This document shows positions 39,146-48,977 of a DNA stretch of 64,000 nucleotides, one piece after another. The notes beneath the pieces were generated by a model. It saw only the letters and a list, made by a program, of their open reading frames with translations. It did no database searches and had not been told where the DNA came from. The stretch covers positions 3,859 to 67,858 of the forward strand of contig JAYODI010000012.1 in NCBI GenBank assembly GCA_038279365.1. Reading direction: 5' to 3'. Numbering within the stretch: the stretch's first letter is position 1; each line of letters starts with the position of its first letter. Origin of the DNA: Candidatus Latescibacterota bacterium (GTDB lineage: Bacteria; Latescibacterota; UBA2968). Both the position numbers and the translations under genes were made by a program.

Positions 39146-39979
39146 TTAAATTTGTGTGATACCTGTCCAAGCGGGCAACAACTTGGCCGTATTGTTCCAA
39201 AGAATTTTTCGCTTCACCACATCTGATAAATTTGTTCCCAATGTTTTGCCCAACTGCACAGCAAAATGACGGATAGGTGCATCTGAGCCAAACACCACCC
39301 GATCTTCACCCAACATATTTACAGCCGCTTCAACCATGCCACTTTCTGGGTCGCCACCCGATGTATCAACCACCAAGTTCTCGCAATCGGCAACCGCCGC
39401 CAAGCCACGCAACCCACACCCATTGAGATGTGCCATAATAATGCGGGCCTTGGGATGGCGTTTTGCCAAGTCAGCAACATCCCAAGGAAAAGACTCGCCC
39501 TCCAAATTACCCGTTGTTTTTTCCCACGCATGTTGTAACACGGGCACATCCAATGCCACAGCGCGTTCCATTATTGGGTCTAATCCCAAATCGGTTGCAC
39601 GCCGTGCCACCCAAAGTTTGATGCCACACATTCGTCCCACACCCACCGTCCGATTCATTTCGATCACAGACTCTGCTGGATACATCGGATTGACATAACA
39701 AAATGGATAAAAAACATCGGGCGCAATTTTTTGCATTTGTAATGCATAATCATTTGCCTCACGACATTGGTCCATCGTGGGTTCACGTGGCACAGTTGTA
39801 TGAAGCGAAAACAGCACCATCTTTTCCACACCCGATCGCCTGGCAGATGCGATAAGCCTTTGGGCATCTTCTTCGGCCGAAGTCACAGCATACATACCAA
39901 AATTATCTAACGGGTGCACATGCACGTCGAATGCCGGAAACGGCGTTTTTAGTTGTGCACGCAACTCAGTAAGTCCCAT
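39146..39979 (-). CDS. Amidohydrolase_2-family protein
   Basis: DVHVH, GIKL, LQHA, MAH, DTSG, FGSDAP. Confidence 0.88.
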   Translation of the reverse strand: MGLTELRAQLKTPFPAFDVHVHPLDNFGMYAVTSAEEDAQRLIASARRSGVEKMVLFSLHTTVPREPTMDQCREANDYALQMQKIAPDVFYPFCYVNPMYPAESVIEMNRTVGVGRMCGIKLWVARRATDLGLDPIMERAVALDVPVLQHAWEKTTGNLEGESFPWDVADLAKRHPKARIIMAHLNGCGLRGLAAVADCENLVVDTSGGDPESGMVEAAVNMLGEDRVVFGSDAPIRHFAVQLGKTLGTNLSDVVKRKILWNNTAKLLPAWTGITQI

Positions 39980-40115
39980 ATACCCAACCTTGTATGGAGT
40001 TAAAAACAGAGTACACATCATAAGTGTATCAAATGAAATCTTTGAATAAGCCCACCGAAAAGCAAGCCCTAAAACAAACGCCCCAACACGTCGCAGAGGC
40101 GTTTCTTATTTTTGC

Positions 40116-40144
40116 TTGATCTAACCCCATCTCTCTCTTATACT
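40116..40144 (+). promoter_or_regulatory. Sigma70-type promoter of the kinase operon
   Basis: TTGATC-17 nt-TATACT. Confidence 0.6.
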
Positions 40145-40192
40145 GTGAAACCGATTTTTACATTTCCAACGCCAATCGCAACACAATGACTT

Positions 40193-41383
40193 ATGCCAAC
40201 ACTTGTCGATCAACTCATATCTGAAATGCACAAACGATTTGGCATTGCACCTGCCCATGTCAAAATTGTGCGTTCACCCTATCGCATCTGCCCATTGGGT
40301 GCACACATAGATCACCAGTTGGGTGCCGTGACAGCCATGGCAATTGATCAGGCCGTTTATTTGGCATTCGCCCCCACAAACAACACCAAAATACAACTGC
40401 AAAGCCTCACATTTGATGGCCAAGTTCGCTTTGACATTCTTGATGTGCCCCAAAAGCAAAGCAATGACTGGGGTAATTATGCACGTGGGGCCGTTTATGC
40501 ACTCCAAAACCAAGGACACACACTCACCAAAGGCTTGGTGGGGCTCACGAGTGGCAGAATGGACGAAGGTGGTCTCAGTTCATCAGCGGCCATTGGTGTG
40601 GCCTATTTGCTTGCGCTTGAATACGTCAACCAAATTGAGATCACGGCAGAAGAAAACATTCGCCTCGACCAAGCCATCGAAAATGGGTATCTCGGCCTTA
40701 AAAATGGGATTCTCGATCAATCGGCCATTTTGCTTTCACGCAAAGACCATCTCACGCTGATTGATTGTGCATCTGTCGATTACGAATGCATACCCAAATC
40801 TCAAGAGATGCCCCCCTTTGATATCTTAATTGCACAATCGGGGCTCAAAGAAGCACTCGTCAGCACCGGATATAACACCCGCGTAGATGAATGTGCACAG
40901 GCCGCTCATTTGTTATTAAACGCGGTTGGGCGTTCTCACCAAGCACCATTGTTGGGCAATATTACAGCAGCAGAATACCACACCCATCAACATGTTCTCT
41001 CAGGCGATATTGCCAAACGTGCGCGCCATTTCTTTGGTGAATCAACACGTGTCAAGCAAGGCATAGAAGCATGGCGCACAGGAGACCTCAACACATTTGG
41101 CAAACTGGTTGCCGAATCGGGTTACAGCTCTATTCACAACTACGAATGTGGCAGCACAGCACTCATAGATCTCTACCACATCCTCATGGAAACCGAGGGC
41201 GTTTATGGTGCACGATTTAGCGGTGCAGGGTTTCGAGGGTGTTGTGTGGCGCTTGTAGACCCATCAAAATCAACCGCAGCACGCGAACAGGTTCACAGAC
41301 AATACCACGAAAAACAGCCTCGCCTTGCCAAAAATGCCTCTTCCTTCACCTGTCACCCCGCCGATGGAGCACACATCCTGTGA
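40193..41383 (+). CDS. GHMP sugar-1-kinase of the plant galacturonokinase type
   Basis: PYRICPLGAHIDHQ, GLSSSAA, ENGYLGLKNGILDQSAILL, GYNTRVDEC, GARFSGAGFRGC. Confidence 0.85.
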   Translation: MPTLVDQLISEMHKRFGIAPAHVKIVRSPYRICPLGAHIDHQLGAVTAMAIDQAVYLAFAPTNNTKIQLQSLTFDGQVRFDILDVPQKQSNDWGNYARGAVYALQNQGHTLTKGLVGLTSGRMDEGGLSSSAAIGVAYLLALEYVNQIEITAEENIRLDQAIENGYLGLKNGILDQSAILLSRKDHLTLIDCASVDYECIPKSQEMPPFDILIAQSGLKEALVSTGYNTRVDECAQAAHLLLNAVGRSHQAPLLGNITAAEYHTHQHVLSGDIAKRARHFFGESTRVKQGIEAWRTGDLNTFGKLVAESGYSSIHNYECGSTALIDLYHILMETEGVYGARFSGAGFRGCCVALVDPSKSTAAREQVHRQYHEKQPRLAKNASSFTCHPADGAHIL

Positions 41384-42150
41384 AAGCCATTATACTTGCA
41401 GCCGGTTATGCCACACGCCTTTACCCCCTCACCAAAGACTTTCCCAAACCCCTACTTGAAGTGGGTGGGCAAACCATTTTAGATCACCTGATTGACCAAC
41501 TTAAAACCATTCCAGAACTCGACCATGCCTACTTGGTCACCAATGCACGGTTTCATAATCATTTTACAAATTGGGCGCAAAACCGTGCCGCCAAAGCCCA
41601 AGAATCGGAACAAGCACATGTGGGGCTGCGCACAGACATTCTTGACGATGGCACATCTTCTAATGAGGATCGACTCGGTGCCGTGGGCGATCTTCAATTT
41701 GTCATAAATGCACGCGACATTCACGATGATGTGCTCGTTTTGGCAGCCGACAACATTCTCCAATTTTCACTGCAAAAACTTATCAACACCTTTAAAAACA
41801 ACCCAGCACCACACATTACCGTAAGATCCAATCCCGATGTGGAAGATCGCAAACGCAGGGGCAACGCACGCCTTGACACCACCAACAAAGTCATTGAGTT
41901 TATCGAAAAACCCAAAACACCCATTTCAGAATGGTCTGTTCCTCCCTTCTATATTTATCCCACAGCCGTATTACCACGCATCACCGAATACCTCGACAAT
42001 GGGGGCAACCCCGATGCACCGGGGCATCTGATTGAATGGCTCCATAAAGAAGAAGCGGTCTATGCTTACGAAATTGAAGGCGAAATTATAGATATTGGCA
42101 ATCACGAATCTCTTGCTGAAGCACGACGTATCTTTGGTGAAAAAACCTGA
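41380..42150 (+). CDS. Sugar-1-phosphate nucleotidyltransferase
   Basis: AIILAAGYATRLYPLT, PKPLL, FIEKP, DIG. GTG start overlaps the kinase stop (GTGA). Confidence 0.9.
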   Translation: MKAIILAAGYATRLYPLTKDFPKPLLEVGGQTILDHLIDQLKTIPELDHAYLVTNARFHNHFTNWAQNRAAKAQESEQAHVGLRTDILDDGTSSNEDRLGAVGDLQFVINARDIHDDVLVLAADNILQFSLQKLINTFKNNPAPHITVRSNPDVEDRKRRGNARLDTTNKVIEFIEKPKTPISEWSVPPFYIYPTAVLPRITEYLDNGGNPDAPGHLIEWLHKEEAVYAYEIEGEIIDIGNHESLAEARRIFGEKT

Positions 42151-42199
42151 AACGCTTATCGTTATATTTCACAATCTTAAAGTTAGAGAGGCAACATCC

Positions 42200-43399
42200 A
42201 TGGCAAGTGTTAACATCATTCGTCACAAACCCATTCCCATCTTTTGCAGCACCGCCGAAGTCGTCATCACATACGATGACAATCAGATTGTTCGACTCAT
42301 AGAACCCAGCGGCAATGTGGGCACACAATATTCACAAGAACTGGGTTCGCAGTGGTTTGGTACCATTCAAAACCTCAATCCTGGCCTTGAACGAGGTGGT
42401 GCAAATTGGGGCGATGTTTATAAAACCGATGTGCTCTGGACAACCCCATCACCCGACCGCGATGTTTGTGAAGCCTATCGCAACGACTACAATGCCGTTT
42501 ATGGCCCCATGATCCAAGCGGTCACGGGTTGTACGCTCAAATCCAATCGCATGGCGCGCTTCACACATTCAGAAGGCTTTCCCGATCCGAAAGCGCGTTT
42601 TGAAGTTCAAATCAAAGCCATCAAAGGCGAAGGCATCTCCTTTGGAAATGGCAAAATTGAATTGGGTGCTTGGACAGATTTCCAACCCAGTGGCGCTTCC
42701 GTACAACACACCGACGACAAAGGCAACTTGGTCACCACCTTAGGTGACGATGTCAAAAAAGAAATGGAATTTGTACTGGTTGAACAATATGAAAAAAAAC
42801 TCGCCAAAGAGGGTGTTGACTTCAAAACCCAAACGGCTTGGTTAGAAGTACTCGTTGCCATTGATGACGATCCATCGACCACCTGGCAACGCATTGAGGC
42901 TGTGCGTGAAGTCATTGCCGAATACTTTGGCGACAACCGCCCTGCTGGCAAAATTTACCCCGTCTCACGCATCCCCAACCTCGATGGCATTGTTGAGCCC
43001 CAACCGCGCTGCGTCACGGGCGATGTCAAAATTGATCGTTCGGGAGAAATTATCGATGGGTTTAGCACCTGGACAGCCATTCGGCGCAAAGGTGTTTCAG
43101 AAGTACTCGTAAGTGGTGTGGGGGGTGACAATGCCAACACCATTCTCAACACCATTGACAAACACATCAAAGCAGCCGGTGGACAAGGTTTAAAAGAAAA
43201 TGGCGTTTTTAACAATGCCTACATCGTTGCCGGTGCCAACACGGAAGAAAGCCGTGCACGACTCGTTAAATTCAATGAACAATTTTCGGGTTATTATACA
43301 GGTGTCGCACCTTCTGGGCGCACAGCACAATATTTACCAGGCTTTATGCAAGAACGTTACATCTGTGGCATATCCAACCGCGCCATTTATGCGGGTTAG
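42200..43399 (+). CDS. Protein with three tandem RidA/YjgF-like domains
   Basis: Three repeats ending MAR...FEVQIKAI, PAG...IVEPQ and PSGR...ISNRAI; GAGAGG RBS. Confidence 0.7.
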   Translation: MASVNIIRHKPIPIFCSTAEVVITYDDNQIVRLIEPSGNVGTQYSQELGSQWFGTIQNLNPGLERGGANWGDVYKTDVLWTTPSPDRDVCEAYRNDYNAVYGPMIQAVTGCTLKSNRMARFTHSEGFPDPKARFEVQIKAIKGEGISFGNGKIELGAWTDFQPSGASVQHTDDKGNLVTTLGDDVKKEMEFVLVEQYEKKLAKEGVDFKTQTAWLEVLVAIDDDPSTTWQRIEAVREVIAEYFGDNRPAGKIYPVSRIPNLDGIVEPQPRCVTGDVKIDRSGEIIDGFSTWTAIRRKGVSEVLVSGVGGDNANTILNTIDKHIKAAGGQGLKENGVFNNAYIVAGANTEESRARLVKFNEQFSGYYTGVAPSGRTAQYLPGFMQERYICGISNRAIYAG

Positions 43400-43418
43400 T
43401 CAAAAATGCAGATAAAAT

Positions 43419-43449
43419 AAATGGCGCGAGTTTATAACTCGCGCCATTT
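43419..43449 (+). terminator. Rho-independent terminator
   Basis: AAATGGCGCGAGTT / AACTCGCGCCATTT. Confidence 0.85.
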
Positions 43450-43552
43450 GTGTTTCTATGATCAAATAGATATTTTATCACTTGACATCTGCCCACATAT
43501 TCCACATTAAACGCAAGCAAATCGTCCATCGCATAAACACGGATACGAACCG

Positions 43553-44821
43553 ATGACCGCTTGGCAATTCACACCCATCGCTTACCTTTATTTTATAGCC
43601 GCTGCAAGTGCGCTCTATTTGGGCGTTTATGCCTATCGACTGCGCCCAGTGCGTGGAACAACCTACTTTTGCTTATTAAGTGTCTCTGTAAGTATTTGGA
43701 CATTGGGTTATATCTTAGGGTTGCTCAACCCCAGTTTAAGTGGCAAACTTCTTTTTTTGCGTTTGGAATATTTGGGCATCATTGCTACCAATATCTTCTG
43801 GCTTCTGTTTATTATCACGTATATCTACCATAACCATTGGCTCACAAAAACCACGCTCACACTCTTAAGCATTATTCCGATAATCACCTACATTCAAATT
43901 CTCACTGTAGAGCAACACAATTTCTTTTATCGCGTCTATGAACTCACAACCGTTGACAACCTCGTTGTGACCCGCAAAGTATATGGCACAGGATTTATCT
44001 TGTGGTCAATTTATGCCTATACCACTTTTTTTATAGGCGAAATGCTTCTTATTTGGAGCATTTTTCGCATGCCCGACCAATTTCGCAAACAAGCCATTCC
44101 CATCGTGTTCATTGTCGCAATGGCCATGGTACCCAACTTTCTCTACATCACAAACAGCAACCCCATTGCCCCTTACGATCCCACACCCTTACCGTTTGTT
44201 ATATCAAGTATCTTATTTCTACTCATGATTCGCCACTATGGGTTTTTGAATATTGTACCTGTTGCCTATAATCTCATCTTCAAAAATGTCCACAGTGGCA
44301 TCATCATTCTCGATGAACACCACCGCATCATAGACATTAATCCCATTGCAACAAACATCATAAAAAGCACACAATTGGATATTTTAGGTAAACCATTGGC
44401 CGATTTTTTTCCAGAAATAAAAGATCATATTCATCCTGAAAACAAACAAAACAACATTGAAATTGAAAAAGACGAACATACTTACGAAATACAATCTACG
44501 CCGTTATCCTATCATAAAAATAAATCCGCCGGCCAAATCCTCATGCTCTATGATGTTACCGCTCGAACATTTTTAGAACAACAACAAAGCCTGCTCATCA
44601 AGGAATTAAGAGACGCACTCGATCAAGTCAAAACGCTAACGGGTCTCTTGCCCATTTGTGCCAACTGCAAACAAATACGCGACCCAGATGGGGCCTGGCA
44701 ACAAGTAGAAACCTACATTCAAAGCCGTTCCAGTGCCCATTTTACACACAGCATTTGCCCCACCTGTGTAGAAGAATTATACCCCGATTACATCCAAAGA
44801 AGAAAGCAAAAATCCCAATGA
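43553..44821 (+). CDS. 7TM (HisKA_7TM-type) sensor with PAS and C-terminal Cys-rich module; no kinase core
   Basis: Seven TM segments, PAS (DINP.A), LPICANCKQIRD...FTHSICPTC. Confidence 0.8.
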   Translation: MTAWQFTPIAYLYFIAAASALYLGVYAYRLRPVRGTTYFCLLSVSVSIWTLGYILGLLNPSLSGKLLFLRLEYLGIIATNIFWLLFIITYIYHNHWLTKTTLTLLSIIPIITYIQILTVEQHNFFYRVYELTTVDNLVVTRKVYGTGFILWSIYAYTTFFIGEMLLIWSIFRMPDQFRKQAIPIVFIVAMAMVPNFLYITNSNPIAPYDPTPLPFVISSILFLLMIRHYGFLNIVPVAYNLIFKNVHSGIIILDEHHRIIDINPIATNIIKSTQLDILGKPLADFFPEIKDHIHPENKQNNIEIEKDEHTYEIQSTPLSYHKNKSAGQILMLYDVTARTFLEQQQSLLIKELRDALDQVKTLTGLLPICANCKQIRDPDGAWQQVETYIQSRSSAHFTHSICPTCVEELYPDYIQRRKQKSQ

Positions 44822-45510
44822 ACACACAACGCGAAATCTTTCTGCTCATCGGTCAGTCCAATATGGCAGGCCGCGGTCTCTTAGACACCACCACACCTTT
44901 AACCCACCCCAACATTTCCATGTTTCGCGACGGGCAATGGCAAATGGCAAAAGAACCGCTTCATACCGACAAAACCACAGCTGGCATCAGCTTGGGCATC
45001 AGCTTTGCGTATCACCTATTCACCCAAGCGCCCAACAAACAAATTGGCCTCCTGCCTTGCGCGGTAGGTGGCACGCCATTAAGCCGTTGGATGCCTCAAA
45101 ACGATCTCTACGAAAATGCTGTGTCCATTGCCAAAACAGCCTTATCCAATGGCAACATCCTCAAAGGAATTCTGTGGCACCAAGGTGAAGCCGATTCCAA
45201 AGACATTCCCACAGCCAACACCTACGGCACACGCCTCACCACCATGATCTCAACCTTGCGCATAGCACTCCAGGCCGATCATGTGCCTTTTATTTCGGGT
45301 GAATTGGGTCATTTTCTTCAAAATCATGAACAATGCACCTACTTTACCCAAATCAATTACACTTTGCGTACCCTCAAACTGCCACATTACACGTGTGTCA
45401 GTGCCCATGGCCTCACAGACATTGGTGACAACGTGCACTTTGATGGCCCCTCTTTGCGTGAATTTGGCCAACGATATGCCATTCAATATCTCAAAATGTC
45501 CCACCATTAA
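44818..45510 (+). CDS. SASA/CE6-type carbohydrate acetylesterase
   Basis: GQSNMAGRG, CAVGG, WHQGEAD, DNVHF. ATGA overlap with the upstream gene. Confidence 0.9.
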   Translation: MNTQREIFLLIGQSNMAGRGLLDTTTPLTHPNISMFRDGQWQMAKEPLHTDKTTAGISLGISFAYHLFTQAPNKQIGLLPCAVGGTPLSRWMPQNDLYENAVSIAKTALSNGNILKGILWHQGEADSKDIPTANTYGTRLTTMISTLRIALQADHVPFISGELGHFLQNHEQCTYFTQINYTLRTLKLPHYTCVSAHGLTDIGDNVHFDGPSLREFGQRYAIQYLKMSHH

Positions 45511-45549
45511 TCCCAATGAAGATCACATCAACCAAAGAAAAACACCCCA

Positions 45550-46821
45550 ATGTCAAACCTCCCCAAAGTGGGTTATCTTCAACTCATTCGTAACAACAAA
45601 AACTGGCGTTATCTTTGGTTGGGGCAAATCGTCAGCCTCTTAGGCGACTGGTTCAACCTCATTGCCTCAGCCTCTCTTATTGCCACCCTAACCGATTCCG
45701 GTTTTGCCATTGGTGGGCTCTTTGTCGTACGTGCATTGGCTCCGTTTCTCATCAGTCCGTTTGCGGGCGTATTCACCGATCGCTATAACCGCAAGTACAT
45801 CCTCATTACCTGCGATCTTGCCCGCATTTTTATTGTACTGGGTTTCCTCTTTATTAAAGACCCACAATTTACGTGGGTGATCTATGCTTTGACAGCATTT
45901 CAGTTGGCCATTGGCGGCATCTTCTTTACCGCCCGCCGTGCCATCACGCCCGACATTGTGGCCCCCAACGAAATTGGCCCCGCAAATGCCATCGGTTCAG
46001 CCACCTGGTCGGTAATGCTCGCCATTGGTGCCGCCATTGGCGGTCTGGTATCTGGTGCATTTGGCGTTTACACAGCCTTTGCCATCGACAGTGTCACATT
46101 TATCATTTCGGCACTCATCATCACCCGCGTGCAGTATCATGTGCCCGACGAAGTCACCCAATCGCGTAGTGTGTCCATTTGGCATTTTCACAAACAATAT
46201 TTAGAGGGTTTGCGCTACCTCAAAAAATACCCAGAAATTCTCGCCATCACACTCAACAAAGCCGCCCTACAACTCACCTTAAGTTCGGGGTATGAAATTG
46301 CTCAAGTGCAAATTGCCAAAGACATCTTTCCAATGGGTGTGGCCGGTGGCATCAGCTTGGGGTTGCTCTACGCCACTTCAGGGGTAGGCAGTGGCGTAGG
46401 CCCTATTTTGGCACGCACGTTCACGGGAGATCGCATATCGCGGCTGCGCCTCACCATCACCTCGGGTTATTTCATTGCTGCCATAGGTTTGGCCATCATT
46501 GCCACCTTACACAGTTTTCCCATCGTCATCTTCGGCGGCCTGTTACGCAGCATTGGCGGTGGTATTGCTTGGGTCTTTTCCACACAACTCCTACTCCAAC
46601 TGGTGCCCACCCACATTCGAGGGCGCGTCTTCTCTTTTGAACAAGCCTGCTTCGCCCTCACCAGTTCTATTGCCGCCGCCACAAGTGGCCTTCTCCTCGA
46701 CGCTTTCCCTCAGTTGCCACACGTTATTTTGGGCATGGGTGTTCTTACCCTTATCCCCGGAACCTTCTGGGCCATTTGGTGTTTCAAACGCCCCATGACC
46801 GACGACTTTCGTGCCGATTAA
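45550..46821 (+). CDS. MFS transporter (DHA3/MFS_3-like)
   Basis: GQIVSLLGDW, GVFTDRYNRK, RGRVFS. Confidence 0.9.
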   Translation: MSNLPKVGYLQLIRNNKNWRYLWLGQIVSLLGDWFNLIASASLIATLTDSGFAIGGLFVVRALAPFLISPFAGVFTDRYNRKYILITCDLARIFIVLGFLFIKDPQFTWVIYALTAFQLAIGGIFFTARRAITPDIVAPNEIGPANAIGSATWSVMLAIGAAIGGLVSGAFGVYTAFAIDSVTFIISALIITRVQYHVPDEVTQSRSVSIWHFHKQYLEGLRYLKKYPEILAITLNKAALQLTLSSGYEIAQVQIAKDIFPMGVAGGISLGLLYATSGVGSGVGPILARTFTGDRISRLRLTITSGYFIAAIGLAIIATLHSFPIVIFGGLLRSIGGGIAWVFSTQLLLQLVPTHIRGRVFSFEQACFALTSSIAAATSGLLLDAFPQLPHVILGMGVLTLIPGTFWAIWCFKRPMTDDFRAD

Positions 46822-46858
46822 AAAAAAGCACCTCTTGGCATTGCGATCAAGAGGTGCT
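46820..46858 (-). terminator. Terminator between convergent genes
   Basis: AGCACCTCTTG / CAAGAGGTGCT with T8 on the minus strand. Confidence 0.8.
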
Positions 46859-46882
46859 CTCAAAAGGAATAAACGATGCGTG

Positions 46883-47650
46883 CTATCCCTTAATCATCGC
46901 CATCACATCATCAAACAACGCGCCATTGGTGGCAACAGCTTCATCTCCCCAAATGGTCGCTTTCCCATTCCAATCGGTAAACGTGCCACCAGCTTCTTCC
47001 ATAATCGGTGCCAATGCCGCACAATCCCACACATTCATCTTCGGGTCAAGCTGTACTTCGGCACGGCCTGTGGCGACCAGTGCATATCCATAACAATCGC
47101 CCCACCCACGCACCAACTTGGCTGCGCCACACAGCCGCTCAATGGCGGCATCTTTGCCATATTTATTCATATAACTGGTCATAATCACTGTTGCATCCTT
47201 CATATCCGACACGCCCGACACCCGTGCCCGTCGCCCATTCCACCACGCACCCAACCCTTTGGCGCCACTAAGCATTTCATTCAACGCAGGAAAGTTTACC
47301 ACTCCCACCGTTGGCACACCTTCAAATTCCACCCCCACCATCACCCCATAAAGCGGCACCCCGTGAACAAACGACTTTGTGCCATCTATCGGGTCCACAA
47401 TCCACCGCCGCCCCGTAGTACCCTCTTTATCGCCGTGCTCTTCACCCACAATGCCGTCATTGGGAAAACGCGTTTCTATCATGTCGCGCAACAACGTCTC
47501 CGCACCTTTATCAGCAATTGTCACCGGTGATTCATCTGCCTTTTCTTCAACCACCACACCCGTTTGAAAATGCCGCAACGTTAACCGCCCGGCCTGCCAA
47601 GCCGCTTCCATTGCAAAATCCAACACCTCACGCACAGACTCATTTGCCAT
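46883..47650 (-). CDS. hisN: Histidinol-phosphatase, inositol monophosphatase family
   Basis: SPVTIAD, GEE, DPIDGTKSF, GDCYGY, WDCAA. Confidence 0.85.
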   Translation of the reverse strand: MANESVREVLDFAMEAAWQAGRLTLRHFQTGVVVEEKADESPVTIADKGAETLLRDMIETRFPNDGIVGEEHGDKEGTTGRRWIVDPIDGTKSFVHGVPLYGVMVGVEFEGVPTVGVVNFPALNEMLSGAKGLGAWWNGRRARVSGVSDMKDATVIMTSYMNKYGKDAAIERLCGAAKLVRGWGDCYGYALVATGRAEVQLDPKMNVWDCAALAPIMEEAGGTFTDWNGKATIWGDEAVATNGALFDDVMAMIKG

Positions 47651-47858
47651 GATATTACCTCCCCAAGTTGCTAAAGATCAACGCTTGAATAAACGCACTC
47701 AATCTACGTGCCCCACCCTTTTAAGTCAAGCCACTCAAAGTACGTTGACATAAACAATTATTTATTATAATCCATCTTCATTTTCTAAGTTTGGGTTTCA
47801 CTTGCATTTTATTCCAGTCTCCAACATATTCTATCGCCACTTTAAAAAAGGAGTCCTT

Positions 47859-48908
47859 ATGGAACACCCCAATCACTCAGAGCCCATTCGCGAATATTTG
47901 TCACACCTTTACAATGACACGCATCGTTATGTTGCCTGCCGTGCTGAAAATTCTCAAGACTTTCTCAAATGGCAAGATGACGCCCGCCCAGTACTTCAAC
48001 ACATGCTCGGCCTTGAAAGCATCGGTGCCACCATGGGTGACCACGTCATTCGCGTGGAACTTGGCCCCTTGGAAGACCTTGGCGATTACACCCGCAGACA
48101 CGCCTATATCAGCACCGAGCCCCATTTTCGTCTCCCATTTTGGTATCTCCTCCCCAAAGGCGAAGGCCCCTTCCCTCTGGCCCTCTTGCCACACGGACAC
48201 GACAACCATGGCAAAGACACCTATGTGGGCATCGCACACGATGACACACACAAACAAAAAATCGAAACCGAAGACCGCGATGTGGCCATTCAAGCCGTCA
48301 AGCGTGGCTTTGCCGCCATATCACCCGGCGTGCGTGGCCAAGGAGATGTGGGCATTCCCGACATCAACAAACGCCACAGCGCCCGCGATTGTCGCAGCCA
48401 ATTTATGCACGCCATTTTAGCTGGTCGCACCGCCACCGGTGAACGCGTGTGGGACATGATGCGCCTGATCGATTGGGCACAAGACATGCCCGAAATAGAC
48501 ACCACCAACATCCTCCTCATGGGCAACTCTGGCGGTGGCGTCATCACTCTTTTTACAGCAGCTGCAGACACCCGCGTCACCATTGCTGTACCCAGTTGCT
48601 CTTATTGCACCTTCATTGGCAAAAGTGGCCTTTTACACCACTGCGACTGCAATGCGGTACCTGGTGCCTTGCGTTTTGGCGAAATATGGGACGTGGCCGC
48701 TCTTATCGCCCCACGCCACCTTTGCATCGTCAATGGCAAAGAAGATACCCTCTTTCCCCTCGAAGAAGTTGACCGTGCCGTCTCTCGTGCCAAAGCCCTC
48801 TACCAAATCGCCAACGTGCCCAACAACATCGAACACCACTACGGTTCAGCCGGTCACCGATTTTACAGCGACCTCATGTGGCCCTTCATTGAATCACGCC
48901 TCATATAA
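47859..48908 (+). CDS. Alpha/beta hydrolase (acetylxylan esterase / Abhydrolase_7-like)
   Basis: PHGH, GNSGGG, IAPR, D..FP, GH; AAGGAG RBS. Confidence 0.85.
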   Translation: MEHPNHSEPIREYLSHLYNDTHRYVACRAENSQDFLKWQDDARPVLQHMLGLESIGATMGDHVIRVELGPLEDLGDYTRRHAYISTEPHFRLPFWYLLPKGEGPFPLALLPHGHDNHGKDTYVGIAHDDTHKQKIETEDRDVAIQAVKRGFAAISPGVRGQGDVGIPDINKRHSARDCRSQFMHAILAGRTATGERVWDMMRLIDWAQDMPEIDTTNILLMGNSGGGVITLFTAAADTRVTIAVPSCSYCTFIGKSGLLHHCDCNAVPGALRFGEIWDVAALIAPRHLCIVNGKEDTLFPLEEVDRAVSRAKALYQIANVPNNIEHHYGSAGHRFYSDLMWPFIESRLI

Positions 48909-48977
48909 GTAAACACATCAAAATTCTATTTTACCCACGGGTAGAATAGAATGATTCAATCAAACCAAAGGAAAAAA

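Noticed and set aside
47745-47771. Perfect TTGACA and TATAAT hexamers
   Set aside because: The spacer is only 15 nt, so it was not called as a promoter.
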